The notes under the pieces are model-generated. The model made no database searches. It was not told where the DNA came from and saw only the letters and a program-made list of their open reading frames with translations. 64,000 nucleotides of DNA, from positions 1,775,882 to 1,839,881 of the forward strand of contig NW_003314281.1 in the NCBI RefSeq assembly GCF_000143415.4, given 5' to 3'. The stretch is from Selaginella moellendorffii (lineage: Eukaryota; Plantae; Lycopodiophyta). How positions within the stretch are numbered: position 1 is the first letter of the stretch; the number at the start of each line of letters is the position of its first letter. The position numbers and the translations under genes are program-made. This document shows, in pieces, positions 50,398-64,000 of the stretch.

Positions 50398-50625
50398 ATG
50401 GATCGAGAGGATTGTCTCCGGCTCCTTCGATCCTGCACTTCCATCTCCGCAGTTCGAGAGGTCCACGCTAGGATCTGCCCCTTTTTGGCGCCAAGCAATG
50501 CCTTCCTCCACAACAAGCTCATCGATGCCTACGGCCGGTGTGGCTGCGCCCAGAGCTCGCGCGCTGTTTTCGATGCCATGCCCGACGCAACCAAGAATCC
50601 CTTCTCCTGGACGCAATTCTTGTCC
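50398..50625 (+). pseudogene. 5'-terminal fragment of a PLS-PPR gene embedded in LTR debris
   Basis: LRLLRSC...VHARI...FLHNKLIDAYGRCGCAQSSRAVFDAMP..NPFSWT; cut off by LTR sequence at ~50645. Confidence 0.8.
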
Positions 50626-51005
50626 AGGAGAAGAATTTTCAGATAGCATGGTGTGGAACTTGGACTTAGATCCAAGCCAGAAGCAAAAGAAGGATAGGCA
50701 TGCAAGCGGAAGCTAGACTATGCCTCAAGTTGGTTAGCCATGCCCAACTTACCCACTATTCCTACTATATATTTAGAGGATGAGTCTCAACATGTACTAT
50801 CCAATGAGATTGGGCAACTAATCTCATTGTATACACAAAGATGAAAATGATAATTTGAGTGGGTACATGTTCAAATGCTAAAATTTTGCATTCATTTCTT
50901 AGGTATAGATTTTGGTTACTTTTTATACCATATTATATGAGCTTGCTCTTGGGCTTATAAAATGGACTGAGATGTTTTGTTTGGATGCGCTTGAGCTTGG
51001 GCTCA

Positions 51006-54000
51006 TGTTGTGAATGTGACTTCAGGTATTGAAAGTTACCTGTCAGCCAGTCCTTACGAACACTCTTTCCTTACTGCCACGATAGCAGGAGGTTAGTATT
51101 GCTAGACCCTTTATCAATCCCTTTTGTTCAAGTGTTAGTAAATTGGTCTTAGCATCTATACTTAGCCAGATGGACATAAGGTAGGAACTCCTATGTGTTT
51201 GTAGTTGAGCATACTCAGCCTGGCTCTTAGTTCTCTTTTGCTCTGTCTTGCACTAGCTTGGCAAGAACCCCTGCATATTGAGATTAGTCCCTTAATATCA
51301 TTGGATGATAGCTTACCGTGTCTGCCAAACACCTATCATACCCTTTGTGTTAATCTCATTTTGGTCCCAAATGCTATNNNNNNNNNNNNNNNNNNNNNNN
51401 NNNNNNNNNNNNNNNNNNNNNNNNNNNNNNNNNNNNNNNNNNNNNNNNNNNNNNNNNNNNNNNNNNNNNNNNNNNNNTCTTGGGATGATGCTCGTCGTTT
51501 GCGTGAGTTCCCCCCATGTCTTCAAGGGACGGCATGGCAGTGGTACAATGGATTGAGCGCAGCTACTCGTGGCGATTGGAGTGTTCTTCCGGACGTCTTC
51601 AAACGCGCCTTCGGACACGCCGCCGATTGTGATGATGCCTTCCAACAATTGCATCGTCTTCGCCAAGGGCCATCTGAGTCGGTGATGCAATTTGGCGTTC
51701 GTTTCCGCAGTCTTCTGCTTCGTGCGGAGCCAAATATGTCGGAGCGGCTCAAGCTAGGAATGCTGTGGCCAGCACTTCGTCAGGATCTTGTCGGACTGGT
51801 GCATACACTTGCTCCTGCCACTCTTGACGATGCTCTTCGCTTGGCACAACGTTATGAGACGTCGCCTCTTCCACTTCTTGCTACACCTCCGTCAGCTCCA
51901 CTTCCTATGAGTGACGGTCCTGTTCCCATGGAGGTTGATGCTGCTGCTACTCGAGTCCAAGGCCAAGCCCGAGGACGTGGTCGTGGCCGTTACATTCCTC
52001 GCTGCTCGTGCGACGAGGCTATGGGGGGGTTTTAAATGTATTTAAATGTATAATAAGGATAGTGGGTAGGTCTGGCATGGCCGATTAACTTGAGGCATAG
52101 TTTAGCTCCCGCTTGCGTGCCTGTCCTTGTTCTACATCTAGCTTAGGTCTAAGCCCAAGCTCCACACCATGCTAGTTAGTGGAATACCCATATCCTCGTG
52201 TTAGGCCACCGGTATGCAGTGGATACTCTAGGATTGTTCTAAGTTGCTCCGTGCTTCTGTCCCTTCGTTCCTTGGGCTATATGCTAGAGAGTTGCTTTGT
52301 GGTCCGGTTCTGTCACTCCTTGGCTCCATGCTTAGGAGTTTAGCATTGTTCTTTCATTCAGTGGCCCAAGCCTTTAAACCTCAGGCTCCACACCATTGTC
52401 CTTTGGACACATGGCATGTGACATGTGGCATTTGTCACATGGCACAAAGAGGGTTTAGGTTCTACTTTGTGGTCATCCTATGGTAAATCACCATAGGATA
52501 AAGGGTAAAAACCACGTGTGTTACATTTGGTATCAGAGAATATATTTCAGTGAGTATTGTCCAATGAGATTGGGCAACTAGTCTCATTGCATATGTAGAG
52601 ATGAAAACGATGATCCGAATGGGTACATGTTTGGGTGCAAAGGCTTTGCAATGGTTTCTTAGGTACGGATTTGGTTACCTTTTTGTACCATAATATGTGA
52701 GGTTGCTCTTAGGCTCATATGAAGGATTGAGATGTTCTATTTTGCATGAGTTTGCCCTTGGGTTCGTGACTGAGGCACATTAGCAACTCAAGGTTACACT
52801 TTGAGTTAGCAGGATTAATGTTAGCCTATTGGTGGTTCCATGAGTTGTTCCTTGTACCATGGGTGAAAGTAAACCCTCCCTAGGTTTGTTATGAGTGGCA
52901 AATAGGCTGATCCATAGCTGTTTAGCACGGCACTAATAGATTCTTCCTATGCGTGATTATAAGTGGATCAATCAAGACTGTAGGGATGAGTCTATTGATT
53001 CAAGTAATCATTGCCGTGTTCTTTCATAAACTTTTCTTGGATTGGACTGAATGCAATGCAAAAGAAAGCTTGAGGTTTAGTTAAAGATGAGAGCAAAAAG
53101 AGAGTCATCAGGGACGAAAGATCAAACACGTAAATCATTTTCTCTCCTTGGAGATATGATTTGTAATGAGGTGTGACTCATTGCTTGTGTTCACATCATG
53201 CAATCAAGACTCCCTACCTTGATGCGTGTTGGAAATGATGGTATTGCAAATGGTGAGTTATGGGATGGATAGTGGTGAAGCGCTAAACCATTTTGTTTAT
53301 GCTTGTTATTAAAAGATTTGGGTTACAATGCTCAATTCTTTTCCAGAGAACTTTGCTATTGCTCCTTGAGTAGCTTGGTGTTGGATTAGTTTTGAGTTTG
53401 GTCAGAAAAAGAATGGCATAAAATTGTCTATATTGTGAACAAAAGTTAGTGGTGTTAGATGTGTTGTAAGTCTTTATTAGTAGAGTGTGGTATTTATATT
53501 GCATTTTGTCGAATCTAGTTGACACTTGATACTCATATAAACTTTTGAAGTAATGACATGGGTGTTGCTTATGGTGTTGCTCAATTGATGATCAAGTCAT
53601 TGCGATACTTATAACATCCAAGGCTTATATAATACTTATAACCAAGGTGAGTTTATTGCGATTGAGTTGGATTCGAGTGGTCATTTAGTTCGTGCCTGTC
53701 CATGAGTCAATATCTCATATCTGGGGTATTACATTCATATTAGACAAGTATATAACTTGATGACATGGAAGGTGGGGAGAGTACCCACGAGACTTGCATA
53801 GGGCCATGGTATTTCCAAATGTTGTCCCAAAGTCCTAGACTCTTGAAAGGAAGAGGAATAGTCCTCTTGTGTAGTGACCAAGGATGTGGTTATGTGGCAA
53901 GTAAGTCCCAGAGGTCAACATAGGTTAGCTTCCATCAACATAACCATTACATTTTGGAACTTTTAATTTTGACTTCTCAAGGTTAATTTCCTGGGTCTCC

Positions 54001-57000
54001 TTGACACCTTGCATTGCACCACATCCAAGATTCAATAAAATCCAACTCTATAGACTAAACATCACCCAATGATATCAACAAAGGTGGAATCGATATGCTA
54101 ACATGGAAAAACCATGTAAGTTTAACGACACGATCCTCCGTAACACCATCTGGTAAAGCAAACCTATCACTGCTAAATCATCATTAAATGAAGCAAGTGT
54201 CAAACAATCCTCGACAAAGTTTATAAGCAATCATTAGTCGTAGAGCAACTAACAATCACTCTTTAACTTGCCTTCACAAATCCTTGATAATGTATTATTT
54301 GTAACTGAGTATTATTGGAGGATTGGTGTCAGATACTAACTAAGGTATCTTTGACTTTGGTTAGCTTGGTTGCTAGAAAGCTTTCAATGGTGATTCACTT
54401 TTGCCTTCTTCTAGTTTTGTCATAGTGTTGATGGCATTGAGGTGATGCCTTGTCGTTAATATTATCATTGTTGAAATTTGAGTGAAATGAGATGTCTCTT
54501 TATAGGATTGATATTGAGTTTCGTTAGTCTTGATGAAGATAGTGTTGATGATTTGGTTATGGCTTTATGTTATTGACATTCATGCACTTGCTAGTTAGGA
54601 ACTATGTCAGCATTCAAACGAGCTAAATGGCAAGTTTGAGTTAGTTATATTCTAGACAAGATTAGTTAGTAGGGGTTGAGCTGTGAGCTTTTCCTTGAAA
54701 AGTGATTTAGTTATGGACTATGCTAACTTTATAAGAGGAAAACTTAGTGATTGATATTGGGATGTTTGAGTCCTTATTAGATTTGAGTTAGATATATCAA
54801 TTATTAATGATTCTTCTTATGTTTATTATGAAATGAGTTATGTCTTGCTATAAATGGATTCATAAAGGATTGTTTGGTTATCACTTATTGAGCATAACTT
54901 CATTATGCTTAGTTTTTGAGTTGATGTAGATATGCTCTTCATCAGCTTTAACATTATAAAATTTGGCTTATAGATATGTTGAGAAGGATATTGTGGGTTG
55001 TACTATGATTTCTTTTTTAGCATTGAAATTAGTTTATACAAAATTTGTGATCATTATTAAGCAAGACTTGGCTATAAACTTCTTTGAACTTTTGGTTCCT
55101 TAAGTTTTTATATTCATTGTTCCATTTGTTAGAAATTATTAGGGAAGGCATTTTAACTCATTAGCTTCAATGTTGAAGTTAGTCTTTACATCTAGCAAAC
55201 ATTGGTGATAATTGACTATCATCTAGGATAGTTGATTATCCTTGTCAAAAGTTTGTTTGCTTGTTGTTGATATAGAATGATTCGGTGTTTTTTGGGATGG
55301 TAGATTCTTTCTTTGATAATGATTATGTAACTCTTCATTGATGGGATGATTGATGTTCTTTTATGATAGTTATTCTTTTTGATGGCTTATGGCTTTTCAC
55401 AATACTACATATTCTTTGTGGTTTACTTTGGAGTGGTCTTTTGGTTACTTGTAGACTTCAGTTGTTTCTCACATTAGGCCATCGATATACTAAAATAGCA
55501 CCAGACTCCATTTGGCTCCGTTTTACATGCTCGTCTTGGCATTAGGATACTGAATGCTCTAGGATTGTTCGAAGTCGCTCCATGCTCTTGTCCCTTCACT
55601 CCTTGGGCTGTATGCTCGGGAACCATTTCGTGCTCTAGTGCTATTGCTCCTTGGCTCCATACTTGGGAGTTTAGCACCGTTTCTTTGTTCAATGGCCCAA
55701 GGCTCTAAAACTTGGGCTCCATACCATTGTCCTTTGGACATGTGGCATGTGACACGTGGCACATAAAGGGTTTAGATTCCACTTCGTGGTTATTCTATTG
55801 TAAAACACCATAGGATAAAGGGTAAAAACCACATGTGCTACATTTGGTATCAGAAGATGAGTCTCAACAAGTATTATCCAATGAGATTGGGCAACTAATC
55901 TCGTTGCATACGTAGAGATGAAAACGATGATCCGAGTGGGTGCAAAGGCTTCACAATAATTCCTTGGGTATGGATTTTGGTTACCTTTTGTATTGGATTA
56001 TATAAGCTTTAGCTTGGGCTCATAAGATGGATGTGAGATGTTTCGTTTGCACAAGTTTGTGCTTAGGCAAATGAGTGAGGCACATTAGCAACTCAAGGTT
56101 ACACTTTGAGTTGGCAGGATTAATGTTAGCCTATTGGTGGTTCCATGAGTTGTTCCTTGTACCATGGGTGAAAGTAAACCCTCCCTAGGTTTGTTATGAG
56201 TGGCAAATAGGCTAGTCCATAGCTGTTTAGCACCGCACTAGTAGATTCTTCCTATGCGTGATTAAAGTGGATCAATCAAGACTGTAGGGATGAGTCTATT
56301 GATTTAAGTAATCATTGCTGTGTTCTTTCATAAAATTTTCTTGGATTGGACTGAAGGCAGTGCAAAAGAAAGCTTGAGGTTTAGTTAAAGATGAGAGCGA
56401 AAAGAGAGTCATTAGGGACGAAAGATTAAACACGTAAATCATTTTCTCTCCTTGGAGATATGATTTGTAATGAGGTGTGACTTATTGCTCGTGTTCACAT
56501 CATGCAATCAAGACTCCCTACCTTGATACATGTTGGAAATGATGGTATTGCAAATGATGAGTTATGGGATGGATAGCAGTGAAATGCTAAACCATTTTGT
56601 CTATGCTTGCTATTAGAAGACTTGGGTTATAATGCTCAATTCTTTTCTGGGGAACCTTGCTATTGCTCCTTGAGTAGTTTGGTGTTGGATTAAATTTAAG
56701 TTTGGTTGGAAAGAGAGTGGCATGAGCTTGTCCATATTGTGAACAAAAGTTAGTGGTGTTGGGTGTGTTGTAAGTCTTTATCGGTAGAGTATGGCATTTA
56801 TGTTGCATTTTGTCGAATCGAGTTAACACTTGATACTCACGTAAACCTTTGAAGTAATGACATGGGTGTTGCTCGTGGTGTTGATCAAAGTCATTGCGAT
56901 ACTTATATCATATCTATGTGATAATGAGCAATGTGTTTACGAAGTTTCTACGTTAAACGATGATCAACCCTAAAGTGGTTGATGGTGAAGTTAGTCTACT

Positions 57001-60000
57001 TGCACGAAGTAGCATTGTAGTAGCTTTGACTGGATTCTCGAAGATGATCCATTATGCTAAGTTTAAGTTGGTTCCTTATTTCTTGGAAGTTTGTTCATTG
57101 AGATGTTGGAAAAAGTTATAGCATTCACTTGCTATAACTTGTCAGTTAATCCGTTAATACTTGGAGTAGATTGTTGGATGGAGAAGGTGTGTAGTTAAGA
57201 CATTGACATCGTTAGCACTTGTGTTAGTGGAAGTGGCATTGTTATTTCGAGTGATGAGGAATTTTCCTTAAATCTTGATTTTCCATGTCATTTTTCATGT
57301 TAGTGTTTTGGCTTCGCACTGAATCTTGAAGGTGATTGAAGAAAAGTGTTAAATGCAATGTAGATATCCAAAGATATGGTCTTTGTGATCAAGCCTTGGA
57401 TGTTCATTTTGCATTTTGGCAGATGTCGGTGTTGGATATCAAAAAATGAGCAAAAGATGTTTGCTATTTAGACATATTATTGGGTCATGTGAATTTGTGT
57501 TGAGGTAAAATTATGTGAAGTTGTTAGTAGGAGGAAGTTGGCTAAGTCTTGAAAATTTGTATTCTTAGACTGAGAGTCATTCTTTCTCTAGGATGGAAAA
57601 TTTTCCACAAATTTTCTTAAGCTTTTCCAATGGCTGATCTATTAATCATTTTGCCCAAAAACCATTCTGTTTTCGTAAGTCAGTACAAACTAGTGAAGGG
57701 GTTGGAGTTGACTTTGGTTGGCTTACACATTAGTAGATAATTTGTATAATGCAACCCGAAAGGGATGCTAACTTTTGGGGCTAAGGCAATTGAGTTGGAT
57801 AAAGTCTGGAGTTAGTGTAGAAAAATGGCTATTGCACTTTTCTAAGAAAGATAACCTTTGTGCCTTTCTTCTATAGCGTTGTGCTTGGTGGCAGGTTGCA
57901 TCTTGCATTTCATTAAAACTTTATGAGAGTAGTGAGCTTTTACTAATCTTGACTTGGTCTTGGTAGCTTTGCGCTTTGGCTAAAGATGGTGATGTCCAAC
58001 TTAATTGTTTGAGGTTGAGATGTTAGTACATGTACTATAGCTTTGTTTATGAGGAAGTTGTGTACCGATATGAGTCCATCTCATGGTCTACACTTTAGTT
58101 TTAACTAAGTGTTGATCATGCACAGCTAGCCCTTTCAAGGCATGCTTAGAGTTATTGGCTAGATGTGTTGGTGAGTTTATTGCAGTTGAGTTAAATTCGA
58201 GTGGTCATTCAATTTATGCTTGTCTATGAGCCAATATCTCGTATCTAGGGTATTATGTTCATGTTGGACAAGTATATGACTTGATGACGTGAGTTTAGTG
58301 TTTGGGTCTTGTGAAGGCAAAGTTGAAGAGTGATTGTTAGTTGTTTTGCGACTAATGATTACTTATAGACTTTGTCGAGGACTATTTGACACTTGCTTTG
58401 CTCGATGATGATTTAGTTGTGATAGGCTTGCTTTACCAATGGTGTTGCGAAGGATCATGTTATTAGCCTTACATGGATTTTCCATATTAACATATCAATT
58501 CCATTGTTAATATCATTTGGTTACACTTAGTTCATAGTGTTGAATTTCATTGAGTCTTAGATGTGGTGATTCATTCTTTGATGATATGTTATCTATAACT
58601 GAGTATTGTTGAAGGATTAGTCTCAGATACTGACTAAAGTATCTTTGACTTTGGTTAATTTGGTTGCGTTAATGGCATTGAAGTGATGCCTTATCGTTGA
58701 CATTATTGATATTGAGATTTGAGTGAAATGAGATTTCTCTCCTTATGATTGAATACTAAGTTTCATTAGTCTTGATGAAGATAGTGTTAATGATTTGGCT
58801 ATGGTTTTGTGTTATTGACATTTGTGCATTGCTAGTAAGCAACTATGTTAGAGTGCAAACGAGCTGAGTGGCAAGTTTGAATTAGTTGTGTTCTAAATGA
58901 GATTATTTAGTAGGGGTTGAGCTTTGGTTTTTCCTTGAAAAGTGATTTAGTCGTGGACTATACTAACCTTATGAGAGAAAGAATTTGTGATTGATATTGG
59001 AATGCTTGAATCTTTATTCGATTTGAGTTGGAATATATTGATTATTGATGATTCTTTTTATATTTGTTATGAAGTGAGTTACGTTTTACTATAGATGGAT
59101 TTATGGAGGATCTTTTAGTGATCACTTGTTGAGTATAGTTCCATTGTGCTTGGCTTTTAGATTGATGTAGACATGCTCTTCATTATGAAGTATAACTTAT
59201 GGATATGTTAAGGAGGATATTGTGGGTTATGCCATGATTTTTTCTTTGGCATTGAAGTTAGTTCATGCAAGACTCGTGATCATTATTAAACCAGACTTGG
59301 CTATAGACTTTGAACGTTTGGTTCTTTGAGTTTCATGTTCAATATACCATTTGCTAGAAGTTGTTAGGAAAGGCATTTTAGCTCATTAGCTTCGATGTTG
59401 AAGTTAGCTTTTGCATCTAGCAATCATTGGCGATGATTGACTATCATTTAGGATAGTTGATTATCCTTGTCAAAAAAGTTTTGCTTGATTATTGTTGATA
59501 TAAAATGATTTGTCATTCTTTGGGATGGTGGATTTGTTCTTCAAACAATAATTAGGCATCTCTTCATTGATGGGATAATTAATGATCTTTTATGATAGTT
59601 AGTTGTTCTCTTTAATGGCTTTTGACTTTTCGCAAAACCACATGTTCTTTATGGTTTGCTTTGGATTGGACTCTTGGGTTTGACACATCAATAGGATGTT
59701 GGTGATGCTTGCTTAAGCAACTTTGGTTCCTTAGTATTATTGATCAGGATTTATTCAAATTGACTAGTGTGATAGTTGGCATGAATGAGTGTTTGTTAGT
59801 CTTACCACATTCATTCTACTTTGTTGATTGTTGCTATAATTAGTTCTAATAGATTGGATGTTCTTTCTTTCAGGTCATACATTCATGAGCATTTTTCTTG
59901 CCAATTGGTGATACTTTGTGTTCTTTGAGTTGTCTTTTATAAGTTGTTTAACATGTTATCTACAATCTTTGCTAGTTAAGTTTTATCATTGAGTTTTCTT

Positions 60001-61410
60001 GATGATATCTTTGCTATTGAATTTTGTTGGATGGGGAATCTTATATTTTCCAACGATAGTGATCTTGGTAGTTCCTAGACTCTAATACTGGTTTATCGGA
60101 TGATAACTTACTTGAAATACTTTTGTGTTCTAATCTAAAATATATTCATTGATAATTAAATCTCTAATATATCATTGTCTATGACTTTGATATTGTCCAT
60201 TTATTGATCTTTGAGTTTAGGCTAGTATAGGTAGACTGGCTTTAGCACTTCATGTGCATGGTGAAATCTCTAGTTATAAGGTAGCTACTGTCGATAGGTC
60301 ACATAACCCGCCTCTCTGTTGATGTTCTTTATTCTGTTTGAAAAAGGGCGTGACCGTGTAAACAACTCTAACTACCTGTTTACAGTAGTTTATCCAAACC
60401 TTACCGACAGGTTTAGTTTCTTTACTCATGAGGGTTGGGGCCTCTGGCTTCTCTCTCTATGTCCCTGCGAGTAGGGGCGTATCACACTTTTGTAAGCTGG
60501 GTGACATCCAAAGTAGCAAAGGTGGCTGACTTCGTTGGTCATTTCCTTATCAGCGATGGCCGGAACGTGTTTGAGCTAGTAGCGCATCTGCATTAGACAA
60601 AGAGGTTGCCTCCTAACTCATTTAAGTTGGTGCATTTCTCACATAGTGTGAATACCACGAACTTTTTCTAGAGTTGTTTCCTTGGCGGTATTTTAGACTC
60701 GAGTATGCATCGACAAGGACGTTGATCCCTAGGGGGGGAGTGTGTTGCGATTGTGACTTCGGGTATCAAAAGTTACATGTCGGCCAGTCCTTACGGACAC
60801 TCTTTCCTTATTGCCACGACGGCAGGAGGTCAGTATTGCTGGACCCTTTATCAGTCCTCTTGTTCAAGTGTTAATAAACTGGGCTTAGCATTTGTACTTA
60901 GCCAGATGGATATAAGGTGGGAACTCCTATGTGTTTTTAGCTGAGCATACTCGGTCTGACTCTTAGTTCTCTTTTGCTTTGTCTTGCATTGGCTTGGCAA
61001 AAATCCTCGCATATTAAGACTAGTCCCTCAATATCGTTGAATAATAACTTACCATGTCTACCAAACACCCTCGCTATCATGCCTTTTGTGTTAGTCTCAT
61101 TTTAGTTTCAAATGCTATTTATGGAAAGTGTCCGGCATATCTATGGAAAATAGAGATTGACCTGAACATAATGGTGTTCGTCCCGTGTCCAAATTTGCAA
61201 TCTAGGGACATTCCATATTTAGTAAGTTTCGAGTTTGTCCCAAATACTAACTCCTGATACTAAGGGAGGCTTGGGGTGAAAGCCCAAAGCGTGTGTTCCT
61301 CACGGAAGGGTGCGGGGTTGGGGGTTAAGGGTTTGGGGGGGGGAGGCTGTGGGGGGTTTTAAATGTATCTAAATGTATAGTAGGGATAGTGGGTAGGTCT
61401 GGCATGACTG
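51006..61410 (+). mobile_element. Degenerate, internally duplicated LTR retrotransposon with tRNA-iMet PBS
   Basis: LTR 51006-52525 (TGTTG...TTACA) followed by TGGTATCAGAG; second LTR end plus PBS at 55842-55854; duplicated internal region (52545-53610 vs 55855-56905); PPT AGGGGGGGAG 60731-60740; truncated 3' LTR from 60743. No intact ORFs. Confidence 0.8.
51478..52016 (+). pseudogene. gag: Second gag fragment of the 42727-47728 gypsy family, adjacent to an assembly gap
   Basis: Near-identical to the reverse complement of 46545-47083. Confidence 0.85.
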
Positions 61411-61430
61411 ATATATTTTCTAATAAATCA

Positions 61431-62120
61431 TCACATCTTCATCAATTCATCATCTCTCTCATTGCTCTGGAGATAATAATCAGCGACATTATAAACTACA
61501 AAAGTGAAGTTCATGAATAAGAAAATGAATGGACTTACCAAAGAATCATAAATCGTAAACAAGGATTGAGCTACTTGATCTACACTCTTTGCCATCTGAC
61601 TATCCATAGCCAAAGTATACTCCATGAATTCTTCTTTCTTCAGATTATGATGACAAAATTCCTTTTGGCTTTCTTCCATTGTATCAATGAGGCTCACATT
61701 GTTGTCGCACAACATTCTTGCAAGTTGTTCTACAAGTTGTGTGCAGGACTTCTTCCTCAGCTGGCCTGAACTAAGCTTTTCAGGATCATTGTTGTTTTCT
61801 ATCATTGCCAGAAATGATTATGAACAAAAATTACAAAACATATCTTTAGGCTTTGATTGTCCACATAGAAGTGATGGTGATTGTTGTGGTGAAGCTCCTA
61901 GTGTTGGTAATGGTGATCACTAAGATGTAGGTGGTGAAGACATTGATTCCTAAGTTTGTCCTTGTGAATTTACAATTTGATGATCCTGAAGCCACTTGTC
62001 CATCGTTGTATAGATTTGATCATATAACTCTGGTGGTAAATCAGCTTCATAACGTTGTTCTATTGTCATGTTCCAGTAATTGCTTCTACCAATAGGAACA
62101 TGATATTTATATATGAGTAA
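61431..62120 (-). pseudogene. Myb/SANT (trihelix-like) protein remnant, possibly a Harbinger accessory ORF
   Basis: Minus strand IYKYHVPIGRSNYWNMTIEQRYEADLPPELYDQIYTTMDKWL resembles the YWxMxxxERxxxxLPxxF...Y..MD segment of Myb_DNA-bind_4-type proteins, followed by a coiled-coil-like ORF 61431-61805. Confidence 0.45.
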
Positions 62121-64000
62121 TGCTTTTTCTGGCTATAATCATATTCTTGCCCCTACTTGCAAAATAGTGACAAACAAACAGATACAAGAATGTAGAGAAG
62201 AAGAATGAAAAAAGAATAAAAGAGAATTCAGCCTCGAACCCCAAAAGTGTAAGTAAGGATAAGCATATTCACTTTCTCAACTCTACTTTGCAGAAACAAT
62301 CATAAATGGGAGAAAAAATAATTAATTCAATATAAATACATACAATAATGAGTGGGGCTTATTTTTTAACATATGCTACTTATATATACTACAGTTTCTA
62401 ATTGTTTCATGCTTGTCTATAATGAATATTGTCTAGGTCAAGTCTTTCTTCTTTGGATGCCTAAGTTTAAACATAACTTCATTTCACCTAAGCTTTCTTC
62501 TTTTGTTCTGCCTGGGAAAATACATAAGATAAAACATTTACCTTTTCATCAATATAACTTGATTTTGTTGAAATCTTTGTAAATATACTCCTACCAAGAT
62601 TAGCATTGCCTAGGCAAATGGTTGACATGATGTGTCAAACAGTAGCTACAAACTTAGTGAATGATTGGAAGGTTTGAAAAATCCATAACTTACTTGGAGA
62701 CTTACTAACAATGAACAATTGGAGTCTTTTGCCTCTCTTGAATGTTGCCTCGCTGCTGTAAAAAGAAATTGTGCTTCTTTGCTTCATTCAAAACTAACAA
62801 TTCATTCAAATACCAATGCCCCCGATTTCCAACTGGTTTCAGAGGCTTCGATGGAGTGGGAGTAGTAAAATTCCCCTTGCTAAATTGAGAACCATCATAT
62901 AGAAATTTTGGCTAATATTGAGTGGAGAACATGATCTCTAAGTTGTTCAGCTACTGCTCTCCCATTCCACACAACCCTAAAACCAAGAATTGACACATCA
63001 GAAATAGTGGAGAACATATCAACATTTTAACCTATTATTGCAGGTTTGACAGTGGTCAACTAGCTGGGCTGGTTTTGAAAAACATTCAAGTTGAGTTCAC
63101 CGTCGCAAGGCCATTGTCAAAAACATGATGGTGACAATGACATGTACTAAGGCAACATCATTTCAAATTGCTGATGTAGTTGTCACAATTTGATTGTGAC
63201 GGTCACATGTGCAACGTCTATTAGTCAATGAATACAATAAGTGTGTTCTTGTGCTTGGTTCTTTGTGCATTGAGCTCTAAGCTCCGCCTTTCTTTTTGAA
63301 GAATGAGACTCTTCCTCTCAAAAACACCTCCACAGAAATCAAGCTCAAACTCGAAACACAGCACATGGAAATTGATAGGAGTGGATGCAAATGAAGCCGA
63401 GGACCATGAAGAAATTTTCTCTAGAAACAGCCCTCACAAAAAACACAAAGCAAAATGCTCAATTCTATCGACAATGGCAAGTGCTTACTTGTGTGTAGAG
63501 CCTCAAAAATCTCATTCTAGAGCTTGATAGAAAACTCTTTATTATGCCATCTATAGCCCCATGTAGAAAAGGATTAAAATTTTCATCCCAGAAAATGGCA
63601 AAAAGCTCCAAAAAGCCCCACACTCAAAATAAAAAAGCGCAAGAGAAGAATCACTCAAAAGTGCTCTAGACTTCACCGAATCACACATGCAAACCCTCTA
63701 GAGAAAAACCCTGAATAGATCTACTGGATAAGCTCAAGGAAGATTAAAATAGTGATGAATCCAACTCGTGCCATGCTTCTAAAGTTGCTACTGTGTGAGC
63801 TGAAGGCTGTATATGCAAGTTCTTGCTCCAAATTGAAAAATTATTGATGCTAGAATGGGTATCTTAACAAGATCTACAAGCCCACAATCACCATTTCTCA
63901 AACTAAACTAGCCACTAAGAGAAGAAAACCTCTTTTCTGTCTAAGAGAAAGAAAACTCTAAAAATCCCAGGATTTCACAGACAGCACCAGGAATTGCATG

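Noticed and set aside
62400-64000. Possible coding remnants
   Set aside because: No recognisable motifs in the frames I read.

Overview
Eukaryotic (plant) nuclear DNA. GC-rich compact genes with very short introns, PLS-type PPR genes and KAI2 suggest a lycophyte such as Selaginella (inference). Bases 1-6.3 kb form a dense gene island: PPR, KAI2, two tandem paralogous membrane-protein genes, and a fungal/Crinkler-like P-loop NTPase gene. Bases 7.2-29.5 kb hold the highlight, a ~12.6-kb Mutator-like DNA transposon (10519-23143; imperfect GGG...CCC TIRs; 8-bp TSD GCTAGTAG) inserted into the transposase gene of an older, heavily C>T/G>A-mutated copy of itself. The element encodes a spliced GCM-like/DDE/SWIM transposase. 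It also carries a 10-exon, ~1,076-aa cargo gene fusing a ParB/Srx-like domain to a beta-class (N4C/N6A-type) DNA amino-methyltransferase-like domain, two paralogous inward-facing zinc-finger ORFs, and several internal tandem or palindromic repeat arrays. Both copies carry inactivating mutations. Bases 30-64 kb are a graveyard of F-box, PPR, PLAT, 18S rRNA and Myb-like fragments, with a compact full-length Ty3/gypsy element (175-bp LTRs, tRNA-Ala PBS) and a scrambled Met-primed LTR family. All homology calls come from motif recognition by eye; no searches were run.
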